A stretch of DNA of 64,000 bases from Ruditapes philippinarum (Eukaryota): NCBI RefSeq assembly GCF_026571515.1, contig NW_026858824.1:186001-250000 (forward strand), read 5' to 3'. The position numbers and the translations under genes are program-made. Every line of letters begins with the position of its first letter. The first letter of the stretch is position 1. Below are positions 47,922 through 60,242 of this stretch, in pieces. Below the pieces are notes generated by a model that saw nothing but the letters and a program-made list of their open reading frames with translations, did no database searches and had not been told where the DNA came from.

Positions 47922-49484
47922 TTTTGTGATCGCTTTTCGTCCGGCGTCCGTCGTCCGTCCGTCGTCCGTCCGTAAACTTTTGCTTTAAATGACATCTCCT
48001 CATAAACCACTGAGCCAATTTCATCCAAACTTCACAGGAATGTTCCTTTGGTGGTCACCTTTAAAAATTGTTCAAAGAATTTAATTCCATGCAGAACTCT
48101 GGTTGCCATGGCAACCGAAAGAAAAATCTTTAAATATCTTCTTTTAAACAACCCTAAGAGCTAGAGCTTAGATATTTGGCATGAAACATCTTCTAGTGAG
48201 TGTCTACCAAGTTTGTTCAAATAAAAGCCCTGGGGTAAAAATTGGCCCCGCCCCAGGGGGTCATTGATTTTCCCTATATGCATATAGTAAAAACTTAAAA
48301 AATCTTCTTTTAAAGAACCCAAAGAGCTAGAGCTAAGATATTAAGCATGAAACATCTTCAAGTGAGTGTCTACCAAGTTTGTTCAAATAAAAGCCCTGGG
48401 GTCAAAATTGGCCCCGCCCTGGGGGGTCATTGATTTTCCCTATATATGCATATAGTAAAAACTTAAAAAATCTTCTTTTAAAGAACCTTAAGAGCTAGAG
48501 CTTAGATATTAAGCATGAAACATCTTCTAGTGAATGTCTACCAAGTTTGTTCAAATTAAAGCCCTGTGGTCAAAATTGGCCCCACCCCGGGGGGTCATTA
48601 ATTTTCCCTATATGCATATAGTAAAAACTTTAAAAAATCTTCTTTTAAAGAACCCAAAGAGCTAGAGCTAAGATATTAAGCATGAAACATCTTCTAGTGA
48701 GTGTATACCAAGTTTGTTCAAATTAAAGCCCTGTGGTCAAAATTGGCCCCGCCCCGGGGGGGGGGTCATTGATTTTCCCTATATGCATATAGTAAAACTT
48801 AAAAAATCTTCTTTTAAAGAACCATAAGAGCTAGAGCTTAGATATTTGGCATGAAACATCTTCTAGTGAATGTCTACCAAGTTTGTTCAAATAAAAGCCC
48901 TGGGGTCAAAATTGGCCCCGCCCCAGGGGGTCATTGATTTTCCCTATATGCATATATAGTAAAAACTTAAAAAATCTTCTTTTAAAGAACTCAAAGAGCT
49001 AGTGCTAAGATATTTAGCATGAAACATGTTCTAATGGGTGTCTACCAAGTATGTTCAAATAAAAGCCCTGGGGTCAAAACTGGCCCAGCCCGGGGGGGAG
49101 GGGGGTCATTGTTTTCCTTATATGTGTATAGCAAAAACTTAAAAATCTTCTTTGAAAAAAACACAAATAGCTAGAGTTTAGATATTAAGCATGAAACATC
49201 TTTAAGTAAATATCTACAAAGTTTGTTCAAATAAAAGCCCGGGGGTCAAAACTGGCTGGGTGTCATTGTTTTTAACTATATGTGTATAGTAAAAACTTTA
49301 AAAATCTTCTTTTAAAAAACCCAATGAGCTAGACCTTAGATGTTTAGCATGAAACATCTTCTTATGGGTGTCTACCAAGTCTGTTCAAATAAACAAATAA
49401 AAGCCCTCGGGTAAAAATTGGCCCGGGGGTGGGGGGGGGGCTATATACAGGTGAGCGACCTCAGGGCCATCATGGCCCTCTTGT
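47922..49484 (+). mobile_element. HINE family A (5'-clipped), ~8 cores
   Basis: (CGTC)n microsatellite, cores and intact 3' stem-loop. Confidence 0.88.
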
Positions 49485-49577
49485 TTTATGAAGCTATTGA
49501 AATTTCAAATTCTGTGATGTGACACTATTTTCCAAAACCTTTGATTATTGTTATTAACTAATAAGAGCCAAGAAGAG

Positions 49578-50934
49578 ACAGGGTGAGCTTTTGTGATCGC
49601 TTTTCGTCCGGCGTCCGTCCGTCCGTCTGGCGTCCCTAAACTTTTGCTTTAAATGACATCTCCTCATAAACCACTAAGCCAATTTCATCCAAACTTCACA
49701 GGAATGTCCCCTTTGGTGGTCACCTTTAAAAATTGTTCAAAGAATTTAATTCCATGCAGAACTCTGGTTATGGCAACCAAAAGAAAAAACTTTAAACATC
49801 TTCTTCTAAAAAACCCAAAGAGCTAGAGCTAAGATATTTAGCATGAAACATGTTCTAATGGGTGTCTACCAAGTTTGTTCAAAGAAAAGCCCTGGGGTCA
49901 AAATTGGCCCCGCCCCAGGGGGTCATTGATTTTCCCTGTATGCATATAGTAAAAACTTAAAAATCTTCTTTTAAAGAACCCAAAGAGCTAGAGCTAAGAT
50001 ATTTAGCATGAAACATCTTCTAATGAGTGTCTACCAAGTTTGTTCAAATAAAAGCCCTGGGGTCAAAATTGGCCCCGCCCCAGGGGGTCATTGATTTTCC
50101 CTATATGCATATAGTAAAAACTTAAAATCATCTTTTAAAGAACCCAAAGAGCTAGAGCTAAGATATTTAGCATGAAACATGTTCTAATGGATGTCTACCA
50201 AGTTTGTTCAAATAAGAGCCCTGGGGTCAAAATTGGCTCCACCCCGGGGGTCATTGAATTTCCTTGTATGTGTATAGCAAAAACTTAAAAAATCTTCTTT
50301 GAAAAAAACCAAATAGTTAGAGTTTAGATACTAAGCATGAAACATCTTCTAGTGAGTGTCTACTAAGTTTGTTCAAATAAAAGCCTTGGGGTTAAAATAG
50401 GCCCCGCCCCGGGGTCATTCCTTTTCCTTATATGTGTAATACAAAAACTTTAAAAAATCTTCTTTGAAAAAACTCAAATAGCTGGAGTTTAGATATTAAG
50501 CACGAAGCATCTTCTAGTGAGTGTCTACAAAGTTTGTTCAAATAAAAGCCCTGGGGTCAAAATTGGCCCCGCCCCGGCTGACATTGATTTTCCTTATATG
50601 TGTATAGCAAAAAATTAAAAGTCTTCTTTGAAAAAACCCGAATAGCTTGTGTTTAGGTATTAAGCATGAAACATTTTCTAGTAAGTGTCTACAAAGTTTG
50701 TTCAAATAAAAGCCCTTGGGTCAAAACTGGCCCTGCCCCAGGTGTGTCATTGTTTCTAACTATATGTGTAAAGAAAAAAACTTGACCAGCTAGACCTTGG
50801 ATGTTAAGCATGAAATATCTTCTAATGGGTGTCTACCAAGTTTGTTCAAATAAAAGCCCTGGGGTTTAAACTGGCCCCGCTCCGGGGGCCTATATACAGG
50901 TGAGCGACTTCAGGGCCATCATGGCCCTCTTGTT
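49578..50934 (+). mobile_element. HINE family A (5'-clipped), ~7 cores
   Basis: Same structure, intact 3' end. Confidence 0.88.
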
Positions 50935-51009
50935 CATTTTTGTTAGAGTTATTACCCTTGACTTAGTATAAATTTACAAAAGAATTGTGAAAAATGATTA
51001 GTAGAGCAA

Positions 51010-52468
51010 TAAAAAAATTCACCATGTACCTCTACACACTTTTCCAGCCTCAGAATCCATTCCGAAAAAGCACTTTTGAACTGTTCATTGGGTATACTAT
51101 TTAAAAGCTGGTATAAAAAGCGCTTCCGACGGCATTTCATGTTTCGGACCGGTGATCGCGAGGGCAAGATTTGATGTGTGAATTTAATCAGTCACAAGGA
51201 GAGAGGGCAGGACTATAAGCCACTTGGTTTTGGGATAAAACCCTTTTGAGAGGTCTGTAGAACTCAATTTTGATTGAATGTAACGATTTAAACATAGATG
51301 TCTCGATTCTAAAACCGTCATTATTCCGATGTTTTTAGTAACAATTTGGAAAAATGACGGTTTTAGAATCGGGACATCTACGTTCAAAAATCACTTCATT
51401 CTACTTACTACTCAAACGGGTTTGTTTTATTCCGAAACCAAGTGCCTATGCTATAAGCGGGGTGTAGCAAAACCTCAATTAATATTCCTGCTCCTCTAAA
51501 TAAGCTTAAACCGAGGCTGACCGCAGGCTGCGCATGTGCATTATCATAAGTAATTTGATCCTGCGAACCCCAGACTAGACCTTAAGTTCTTTGTTATGCA
51601 GTGATTAACTACAGCAGTGAGAACATGGTCACGCTTAAATGTTCTAGTGACACTACCCCCGTCAGTCACGGCGACACGGGTCTCTATTCCATCACCGTCA
51701 AACAGAGCGTACATAACTCTTAACGCTAAAGCTACGTCGGGCAACAACCAGGCGATCGATGTTTTCACCTACCCACATTTTGCTACTGAGTTAACTGTCG
51801 GGGTTCAAAAACAAAATAAAACAAATAAATGAATACATAAATAAAAATACAATTTCTCCCAGGCACCTAGGGTAAATAAAGCCGATGCTTTTTCAACCCG
51901 CTCCCTTTTCCGGTCAGAAGTTAACAAATGCGGGATCCAACGGGCGCACACTTTCTTTAATTTCAACTTTTCTTTCAAGATAGAAAACACAAATGATGCA
52001 CTAAGGCCCGATATGTCACTTATCTCCTCCGATGTATATCTTGCATCTTCAACGACTATGGCTTTGACAGTGGTGTTGCATTTTCAGAGGTACCGGAAAT
52101 AGCTGTCCAGGTCGGGGATCATCCTTTACATTAGTTCCACCTTCCTTAAACATTGTCGCTCACATGGATATTGTTCGATATGGAGGACATTTTCTCCATA
52201 ATCTAGATCCGCTTTTATTTTTGACGCGCATTTACCCAATGTTTCACGAATTTTGCAATACGCTCTTTGCTCCTCTCTCAAATCACAATGCAACTCAGCC
52301 ATGTTTACAACCAGTATACAAAACACATGCATTTAAATGGCCTACTAAAATCTTATTGCACGTGCAAATCGTGTGAAAATAGACTATTGGTGAGAAAAAA
52401 CAATAATCTTTCCGACGGTACATTTCATGTTCAAATATAGGTTAAATTGAGTTGTTATGTCCCTCGTA
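51010..52468 (-). pseudogene. Mariner-type transposon relic; catalytic core replaced by an unrelated ~0.7 kb segment
   Basis: N-terminal EQRAYCKIRETLGK..YGEN, VCARWIPHLLT (WVPHEL-like motif) and C-terminal WILRLEKCVEVHGEFF. TACGAGGG terminus at 52468. Confidence 0.75.
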
Positions 52469-52681
52469 TTAGAAATCTATAGTTTCCGTTACTTTTGTCC
52501 AATGCTTCTGGGACCCTACAGGGCGGAATATCTATAGGTGTTTCCTTTGACCTATTGCGTGATTCGATCTCACCAGAATAACCATTTTTCCTTGTAATTA
52601 ATCTCCGTACTATGATAAAACTTTTTATAAATCAAGTTTCTACTGAGCAGGTCACTTGTATTAGGTTAAGGTTAACTGATG

Positions 52682-53352
52682 TTTAGCTCGACTTTTCGCA
52701 CTATTGTCAACGTCGGCGTCCCTGTGATTAAGTGTTTGCGTGTAAGCTGGTATCTCAATAACTACAGAAGGGAATGGATTGAACACACTTGTTCTCTGTG
52801 ATTATCTAACATGATTGGCACAAGTCCCATAGCTCTAAGTATAGGTTAGAGTGCATATTGGGTGTTCTTCGTAAAGAAAGCTAAAAAGGAGCGGAGCTTG
52901 CGAAGCGACTGTAGCTTTCTTATTTACGAAGAACATCCTTTTCGACTTAGAAATTCTTGGTTAAGTTTTTGCGTGTAAGCTGATATCTCAATAACTACAG
53001 AAGGGAATGGATTAAAACTTCACACACTTGTTCTCTGTGATTATCTGACATGATTGGCACAAGTCCCATAACTCTGATTTGTTTTGTTTTTTTTAAATAT
53101 TTATGCCCCTTTTTCGACTTGGGTCAAGTTTTTGCGTGTCATAACTACTGAAGGGTTTGTGCCTTTTTATGACAATTTTATGAATTCATAGTAATAAAGC
53201 AGTGATTCAACGGATAAAACATCTTAATAACAAGCCTTTGTAACTTTTTGAACATGTGTGTTGTATTCATATAGGTAAGCATTATTATACTCAATGAAAT
53301 ACCCTTGTGACAACTTTTAGTCAAATGTCGCTGTCCTCCGACAGCTCTTGTT
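52682..53352 (+). mobile_element. HINE family B-like, with a palindromic insert at 52860-52938
   Basis: TTTAGCTCGACTTTTC start, two cores, 3' gctgtc-ctcc-gacagc TCTTGTT. Confidence 0.75.
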
Positions 53353-54253
53353 TATAAACTGAAGGATTATATTGCTGTCTACTTTATAGCAACTTGAATG
53401 ACATCTCTTGCACTTGAAAGCAGGTTAAGCTTGCAACAGATAGGAAACCTGTTCCCAGTAGAAGTCAAATGACTTCTGAGGGCATTAAAAGGGGGTGTTG
53501 TTCAAACTGATTTAAGATAAGGATACCCAAAGCGCTACCTGTGTCTAATTTAAGTAAATAATTTGATGCCGTGGTTGGCCATGACTTGCAGGTGACGCCG
53601 GTCAATACTGCGGCTTATTAAAATTGAAGTGTGCTATAGACTATGAATGTGTGTGTGATTCAGTGAACTTTGTAACAGGTGATGTGAATGTTTTAACAGG
53701 TGAAGCTCAAAGACATTTTATATCAAATAAGCATCATAAATTTCAGTTGAAGAATAAACATTATTTACATTGTAAGAACAATACTCGGGACAGATTTTTG
53801 TAGTTGTAAAGATTTTGTTACTATAGTCAAGTATATGTAAGGTTAGTGCGACCTAATTGTGCGTAGTCTGTCTTTTTGTATTTTAGCTACAGTTATGAAT
53901 TACGGACCATATGCGAAGTTTCAGACGCTGAAATGGAATTTGATATCAGTTTACCAAGATTCTAACCTCATGCCTGTTTTTGTCTATAATAATCAATATT
54001 ATGGTATGATATCCTTGCCATTTAGTCTTTATCGATAGGTGAGCGATCAAGGGCCATCCTAGAGCCCTTTCGTCACAAAAATAATTAAACTTATATGTTA
54101 ATATACATTTTACTATAAGCAACGGCAAGAATTAACAAAAGAAATATACAAATGTATGTTCATATTGTAATCAAGAACCAACAGTGGCTGTATTGCACAG
54201 TATAAATCACAACAGTAACAAATAACATAATGAAATTCACCAATATTAGCCTA

Positions 54254-55474
54254 ACAAGAGGGAAGTGAGGTCGCTCACCTGTATATAGGCCCCCGGAGCG
54301 GGGCCACTTTAAACCCCAGGGCTTTTATTTGAACAAACTTGGAAACACCCATTAGAAGATGTTTCATGATGTTAAGTTTTTACTACACACTTATAATGAA
54401 AAACAATGATCTGTCCCCCCGACAGGGCCAATTTTAACCCAAGGGCTTTTATTTGAACAAACATGGTAAACACCCATAAGAAGATGTTTCATGCTAAACA
54501 TCTAAGCTCTAGCTCATTTGGTTTTTTAAAAGAAGATTTTTTAAGTTTTTACTATACACATAAAGTGTAATATCTAAACTCTAGCTATTTGGGTTTTTTC
54601 AAAGAAGACTTAAGTTTTTGCTATACACATATTAGGAAAATCAATGACCCCCGGGGCGGGGCCAATTTTGACCCCAAGGCTTTTATTTGAACAAACTTTG
54701 TAGACACTCACTAGAAGATGTTTCATGCTTGATATCTAAACTCTAGCTATTTGTTTTTTTTTCAAAGAAGATTTTTTAAGTTTTTGCTATACACATATAA
54801 GGAAAATCAACGACCCCCATGGCGGGGCCAATTTTGACCCCAGGGCTTTAATTTGAACAAACTTGGTAGACACCTATTAGAACATGTTTCTAATATCTTA
54901 GCTCTCTAGCTCTTTGAGTTCTTTAAAAGAAGATTTTTAAAAGTTTTTACTATATGCATATAGGGAAAATCAATGACCCCCTGGAGCAGGGCCAATATTG
55001 ACCCCAGGGCTTCTTTTTGAACAAATTGGTAGACACTCACTAGAAGATGTTTCATGCTAAATATCTTAGCTTTAGCTCTTTGGGTTCTTTAAAAGAAGAT
55101 TTTTAAGTTTTTACTATATGCATTTAGGGAAAATCAATGACCCCCTGGGGTGGGGCCAATTTTGACCCCAGGGCTTTTATTTGAACAAACTTGGTAGACA
55201 CTCACTAGAAGATGTTTCATGCCAAATATCTAAGCTCTAGCTCTTTGGGTTTTTTAAAAAAAAAAAGATATTTTAAGTTTTTTCTTTCGGTTGCCATGGC
55301 AACCACAGTTCTGCATGGAATTAAATTCTTTGAACAATTTTTAAAGGTGACCAAATTGGCTTAGTGGTTTATGAGGAGATGTCATTTAAAGCAAAAGTTT
55401 ACGGACGGACGGACGCCGGACGAAAAGCGATCACAAAAGCTCACCCTGTCACTTTGTGACAGGTGAGCTAAAAA
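54254..55474 (-). mobile_element. HINE family A, reverse orientation, ~6 cores
   Basis: Reverse complement of the family A termini, microsatellite and cores. Confidence 0.88.
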
Positions 55475-55974
55475 TTGATTTACATATATTAATAATACTT
55501 AAAATTATCAACATAGGAGCACTGCTCGCGATATCTTGTAAAAAATATTGTTTGTTTAAATTATAATAAAATCATGTTTGCTGTTGCTTGTTTGCAGAAA
55601 CTTGTTCGTCAGATGAATTTTCTTATTGGTGTATACATTAACTGACCAGCAGCATTTTAACCAATATCTTCACAGCATGTAATTGTCCTTTTCAGTGTAA
55701 CTCGGGTTACATTTTTTCAGATATACTCAAATCAACCCACTCTTTTTTAACTACATGTACTGTTCAGTCAGTTATTAACGTGAAAAACTTAAGATATCAC
55801 TTAAAAAGATCTGGCAAATAGTGATCTACAGAAGAATTCAATCATGAATATTTGCAGATATACTTGCTAAGAATTCCGAGTTTTTTTTTCTAATTTGAAA
55901 ACATTTGTTTTTGTGCAGTCATATTTGTAGATATTTATACAATGAAGTCTAGAATTTACACAGTTCTGAACCCT

Positions 55975-58900
55975 TCACTCATTTGCTGATGTTGCACTAT
56001 ACATGATGTCAGTGCGCATGCAGTATTTCCTGCCTTCTAGAAGGGCAGAACCCTCGTGCATTATATCGTGCTGAAAGACCAACACCATACCTGCAAGGGG
56101 AAAAATCAAATTATTTCATCAAAATTGAGCTTCAAATTATTTACAAAAAACATTGATTTTAAAAACCAACAAGAAGCAGGAAAATGATTGTGATATTTTA
56201 TATCCTCTGACAGTATATTGAATAATTGTTACTTGATAAACACTTAACCTGGATTTGTAGGAAATGTCAATTATCAATTTTAGGGATATTTGGGATGCGG
56301 AGGCTGGCCTAGCTATAGACTGGTGATAAGGACTACATGGAAGCGCAGACCGATATAATTCGATCTATATTGGTGACAAAGGCTTATCACCAGGCCCCGG
56401 TAAAGGTAACAATACCTTCCAATCATTGGTGTAAATTAGATATAATTAAAGAACATTGTTAAAATGTGTTAATATTTCCTTTTTAAAATCAAAATGTTTA
56501 TATGTTTACAGCAAATCATCCAAATATTTCTGTGTGTCTCACTCAAAGTTTAAATTTCATTTAAATCTATGTTTGGCTCAATGGATGAAACTATGATAAT
56601 TTATATACAATGTACTATGTATAATTATAAAGTAATACAAAATGTACCAGTTTCCGGTACAACTTCCATTCTCTCCAATTCCTCGAAACACATGAATGTT
56701 GTGCTTCCACCTTTAAACCCCTATCAAAAGAAAACAGAGAACACTATACCAGCGGCAATTTCTTTAAAAAAATATAAAGGCAGGGTAACGTATTCATAAT
56801 TTCACATGTGATGTAACAGTGTGCTGAAAGGAAGTAGAAAATCCTTCCGATAAGTGTAAAATATATTATTTAGCTCATACATGTATTACTACAGCAGGGT
56901 TTTCGTGCACAATTTTTAGTACATGTAAGTGGTAAAAAAGGCATCAAATCAAGGCAAATTACCCTGCCAACACTTCTGACGATACCTTAGTGTGACATCA
57001 ATTAACCCATTGCTTCATGAGCATTTTGTGAAAAATGGCTGTTTTCATTGAAAAGTCTCCCGTTACAAGTTCAAATTGCTATAATACTATAAAAACTGCT
57101 TCAACACTAATCAAACTTGGCACAAATGTTGACTGGACCATTGCCCTTGCAACAACATGCTCAGGCTTAAATTTTCTGTTACCATGGCAACGAGGGGACA
57201 TCTCAAAATTGCCAAAAATCACTATTTTGCGTTGATTTTTTCCATCAAAATTGATTTCAAAGTGCTGCAACTTCTCAATGGATTGAGATAGAGTCAAATG
57301 CTTTTCAGCGTTGGTTACACGTTACCTTATGATCAATCTGGGGTCATTTACAGCCTCTCACAAGTCCAAAATTTTCTTGGCGATGACGGGGGACTCCGCC
57401 CCCCTTCAAACCCCCCAAACAGAAGGGGGCACATCCCCCTTCTGGCAACCCCCTGATGTATCTTTTGGTTGGGGGGCCGCGCCGAAAAAGAGGTCACTTT
57501 TTTTAACAACATTTCTCAAACAAAAACAAGTGTTTGGGGCCTAAATAAGGCATTTTTTCATCATTTGAGACAACAAAAAGGGGGCGGGGGGGTGAAAAAA
57601 GGCGTTAAAGGCGTGTATATGAAGTAATGGGTTAACAGAAAATGATGAAAATACTTGAAATTACCCTAAATCGCGTTTTTTCATGTTTAAACATGGCCTG
57701 TCATATAAATTTGAAGAAAAATTGTTGTTTTGCAGATTTTTTAATTTTTTTTCATTAACCCATTGCTTCATGAGCATTTTGTGAAAAATGGCTGTTTTCA
57801 TTGAAAAGTCTCCCGTTACAAGTTCAAATTGCTATAATACTATAAAAACTGCTTCAACACTAATCAAACTTGGCACAAATGTTGACTGGACCATTGCCCT
57901 TGCAACAACATGCTCAGGCTTAAATTTTCTGTTACCATGGCAACGAGGGGGACATCTCAAAATTGCCCCAAAAATCACTATTTTGCGTTGATTTTTTCCA
58001 TCAAAATTGATTTCAAAGTGCTGCAACTTCTCAATGGATTGAGATAGAGTCAAATGCTTTTCAGCGTTGGTTACACGTTACCTTATGATCAATCTGGGGT
58101 CATTTACAGCCTCTCACAAGTCCAAAATTTTCTTGGCGATGAGGGGGACTCTGCCCCCCTTCAAACCCCCCAAACAGAAGGGGGCACATCCCCCTTCTGG
58201 CAACCCCCTGATGTATCTTTTGGTTGGGGGGCCGCGCCGAAAAAGAGGTCACTTTTTTTAACAACATTTCTCAAACAAAAACAAGTGTTTGGGGCCTAAA
58301 TAAGGCATTTTTTCATCATTTGAGACAACAAAAAGGGGGGGGGGGGAAAAAGGCGTTAAAAGGCGTGTATATGAAGTAATGGGTTAAGTGACCTGAGTTC
58401 TACTCAGGTGCCCTTTCTTGTCGGAAGTAATGCCCTTCACAACTTTGCCATATTACAATAAACAAAAACAAAACAAAAGTACGGTGTCTATTTTGACCAA
58501 AAAAAGTTGTAAATCAATGTATTTCAGTCATCAAGTGACTGGCCGTTTTGTTTTGTTGTTTAGCACCAAATATGGGATTAAAGTCTACACAGGTTAAGAT
58601 AATTACCTGGTTTAGATATAATTGTATGGTGACAAAGCTTCTCTCTCCGTTTTCCCTCATGTAAAAACCATCCATATGTGGAGCAAAATATTCACCAGGA
58701 TTGTACTTCAAAAATCTTAACCTTAAATTATACATTACAGAATTATAAAACTTGTTCTTGCTTAATCGTTTATATATAATGTACTTTAAGAACATTCGTT
58801 GAATTGGACGCAGCTATTTAAAGCTACTAATTAAAATATGTGGACACAAACACATTTTAAGAGACAACTTTTCTCATAAAATCCGCTAAGGAAATAGTAA

Positions 58901-59127
58901 GTTAATAAACTAGTCTGTCTTCACTGTTATTTTACATGTAGTTCACTAATTGAAAACTTTTCAAAAACTAAGTACATGAACTGTACCTTTCGTTTAATCC
59001 CATTACTTCTCTGTTTCGCCACTTGTCAGGTATAAATTGTTTAATCCTTTGCCAGATATTGTCTGCTTCTTCGAATGAATCCCAAATACATCTCGTGTTG
59101 TTTCTTACATCTTTCATCATCTGTTGC
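55975..59127 (-). CDS. 2OG-Fe(II) oxygenase (prolyl-hydroxylase-like), 3' exons only: 59127-58987, 58721-58607, 56720-56648, 56090-55975
   Basis: DVRNNTRCIWD..GLNER|LRFLKYNPGEYFAPHMDG..TIQLYLNQ|GFKGGSTTF..VPETG|MVLVFQHDIMHEGS..GRKYCMRTDIMY. HxD...H triad and 2OG-binding basic residues. Phases 2, 0, 1 are consistent. The 5' part is not in the window. Confidence 0.88.
57006..57631. mobile_element. Non-autonomous piggyBac-type element, copy 1
   Basis: TTAA|CCCATTGCTTCAT ... ATGAAGTAATGGG|TTAA. Confidence 0.88.
57759..58383. mobile_element. Non-autonomous piggyBac-type element, copy 2 (near-identical, same orientation)
   Basis: Same termini and TTAA flanks. Differs from copy 1 by only a few bases, mostly in homopolymers. 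Confidence 0.88.
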
Positions 59128-59131
59128 CTGG

Positions 59132-60077
59132 TGTAGGGAACAAGCGTTAGGAAGTTTTTAAAGCAACCATGTTTTATACTGTAATGTTTATTTACAACAG
59201 AAGTGGTCACCTTACATATTTTCGGTGACTCGCACCTTTAGAACGACAGAGCGTGACTGTTATTCAACGCATGTAGTAAACCGCACGGCTTTTCACGTGC
59301 ATTCATTATAAGTGTGCGAATGTTCACAAAGGGACCACGATTTTAATTCTCCTTAATATAACATAGCAAGCGGTAGAATTAAAGGGAGACTTTGCAACAA
59401 ACAACGCATTAATGCCTTGGTATTGTAATAGTTTTTGTAGTTAGATATTTTTCTTAACATGTAAAAATATATATAAAGGGAAATAATTACTTCAAATATA
59501 ATTGTTGAGTATTTACATTCTACATTAAAATAAAGGGAAATAATAATAAACATTTCATTTTCAAATTAAACACAGCTTTGATATTAAATTGTTTTTGTAA
59601 TTGTTAAAACAGTATATTATTATGAAATTCTGATGAATGGTTAAAATTTTGGTGTACTTTGAGAAATTTTAAAACCATGTTAAACATTATATTGTGAGTT
59701 AAATATAAACTCCTGTTTGCATTACTGTAATCGGTGGATTTCTAATTGGATTGGACATAAGTATATAGTTACTGGTCCTAAGTTTGTGGTAAGGTAATGG
59801 TAAGAAGCCTGAGGAAAGTTAATAGTAACACCTCGATAGGCTACACTGCCACTGATGAAGTTGTACTAACTAACACTTCAGACATTATATATTTGATGAA
59901 ATCATATTGAGTTAAACTGTACTTTGGGAATATTTATGTATTATAAATGAAATTTAATCTTATTTCACAAAATTAAATGTCATTAATTTGATCTGTTTTG
60001 TTGTTACTGTTGCTAAATTAGGCCCAGTGCTCGAACCATTCGGGGCTGTAGTCACCCCGCAAACTAATCCGGCTACA
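59132..60077 (+). repeat. 5' LTR (946 bp, TGTAG...CTACA)
   Basis: Inverted 5-bp termini. The right end lies 3 nt before the PBS. The left end is inferred from where host coding similarity stops; the second LTR is not visible. Confidence 0.75.
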
Positions 60078-60080
60078 TTT

Positions 60081-60098
60081 TGGCGTCCCTGGGTGGGC
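60081..60098 (+). promoter_or_regulatory. Primer binding site complementary to the tRNA-Asn 3' end
   Basis: TGGCGTCCCTGGGTGGGC is the reverse complement of GCCCACCCAGGGACGCCA, the metazoan tRNA-Asn 3' end as recalled. Confidence 0.85.
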
Positions 60099-60242
60099 CT
60101 ATTTATTTAGCATATACAGTAATTAAAAATTTGATTTGTATTTGTATTCAATATTGATATATTCATTGATAGTCAAAGATATTGTTTGAGTTGATATTTA
60201 TTGCGTACTTTATGTTTGTTGCTTGACTAGATAGTAGTTACG

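Noticed and set aside
57035-58299. Duplicated short ORFs
   Set aside because: Chance frames inside twin non-autonomous piggyBac elements, with no transposase motifs.
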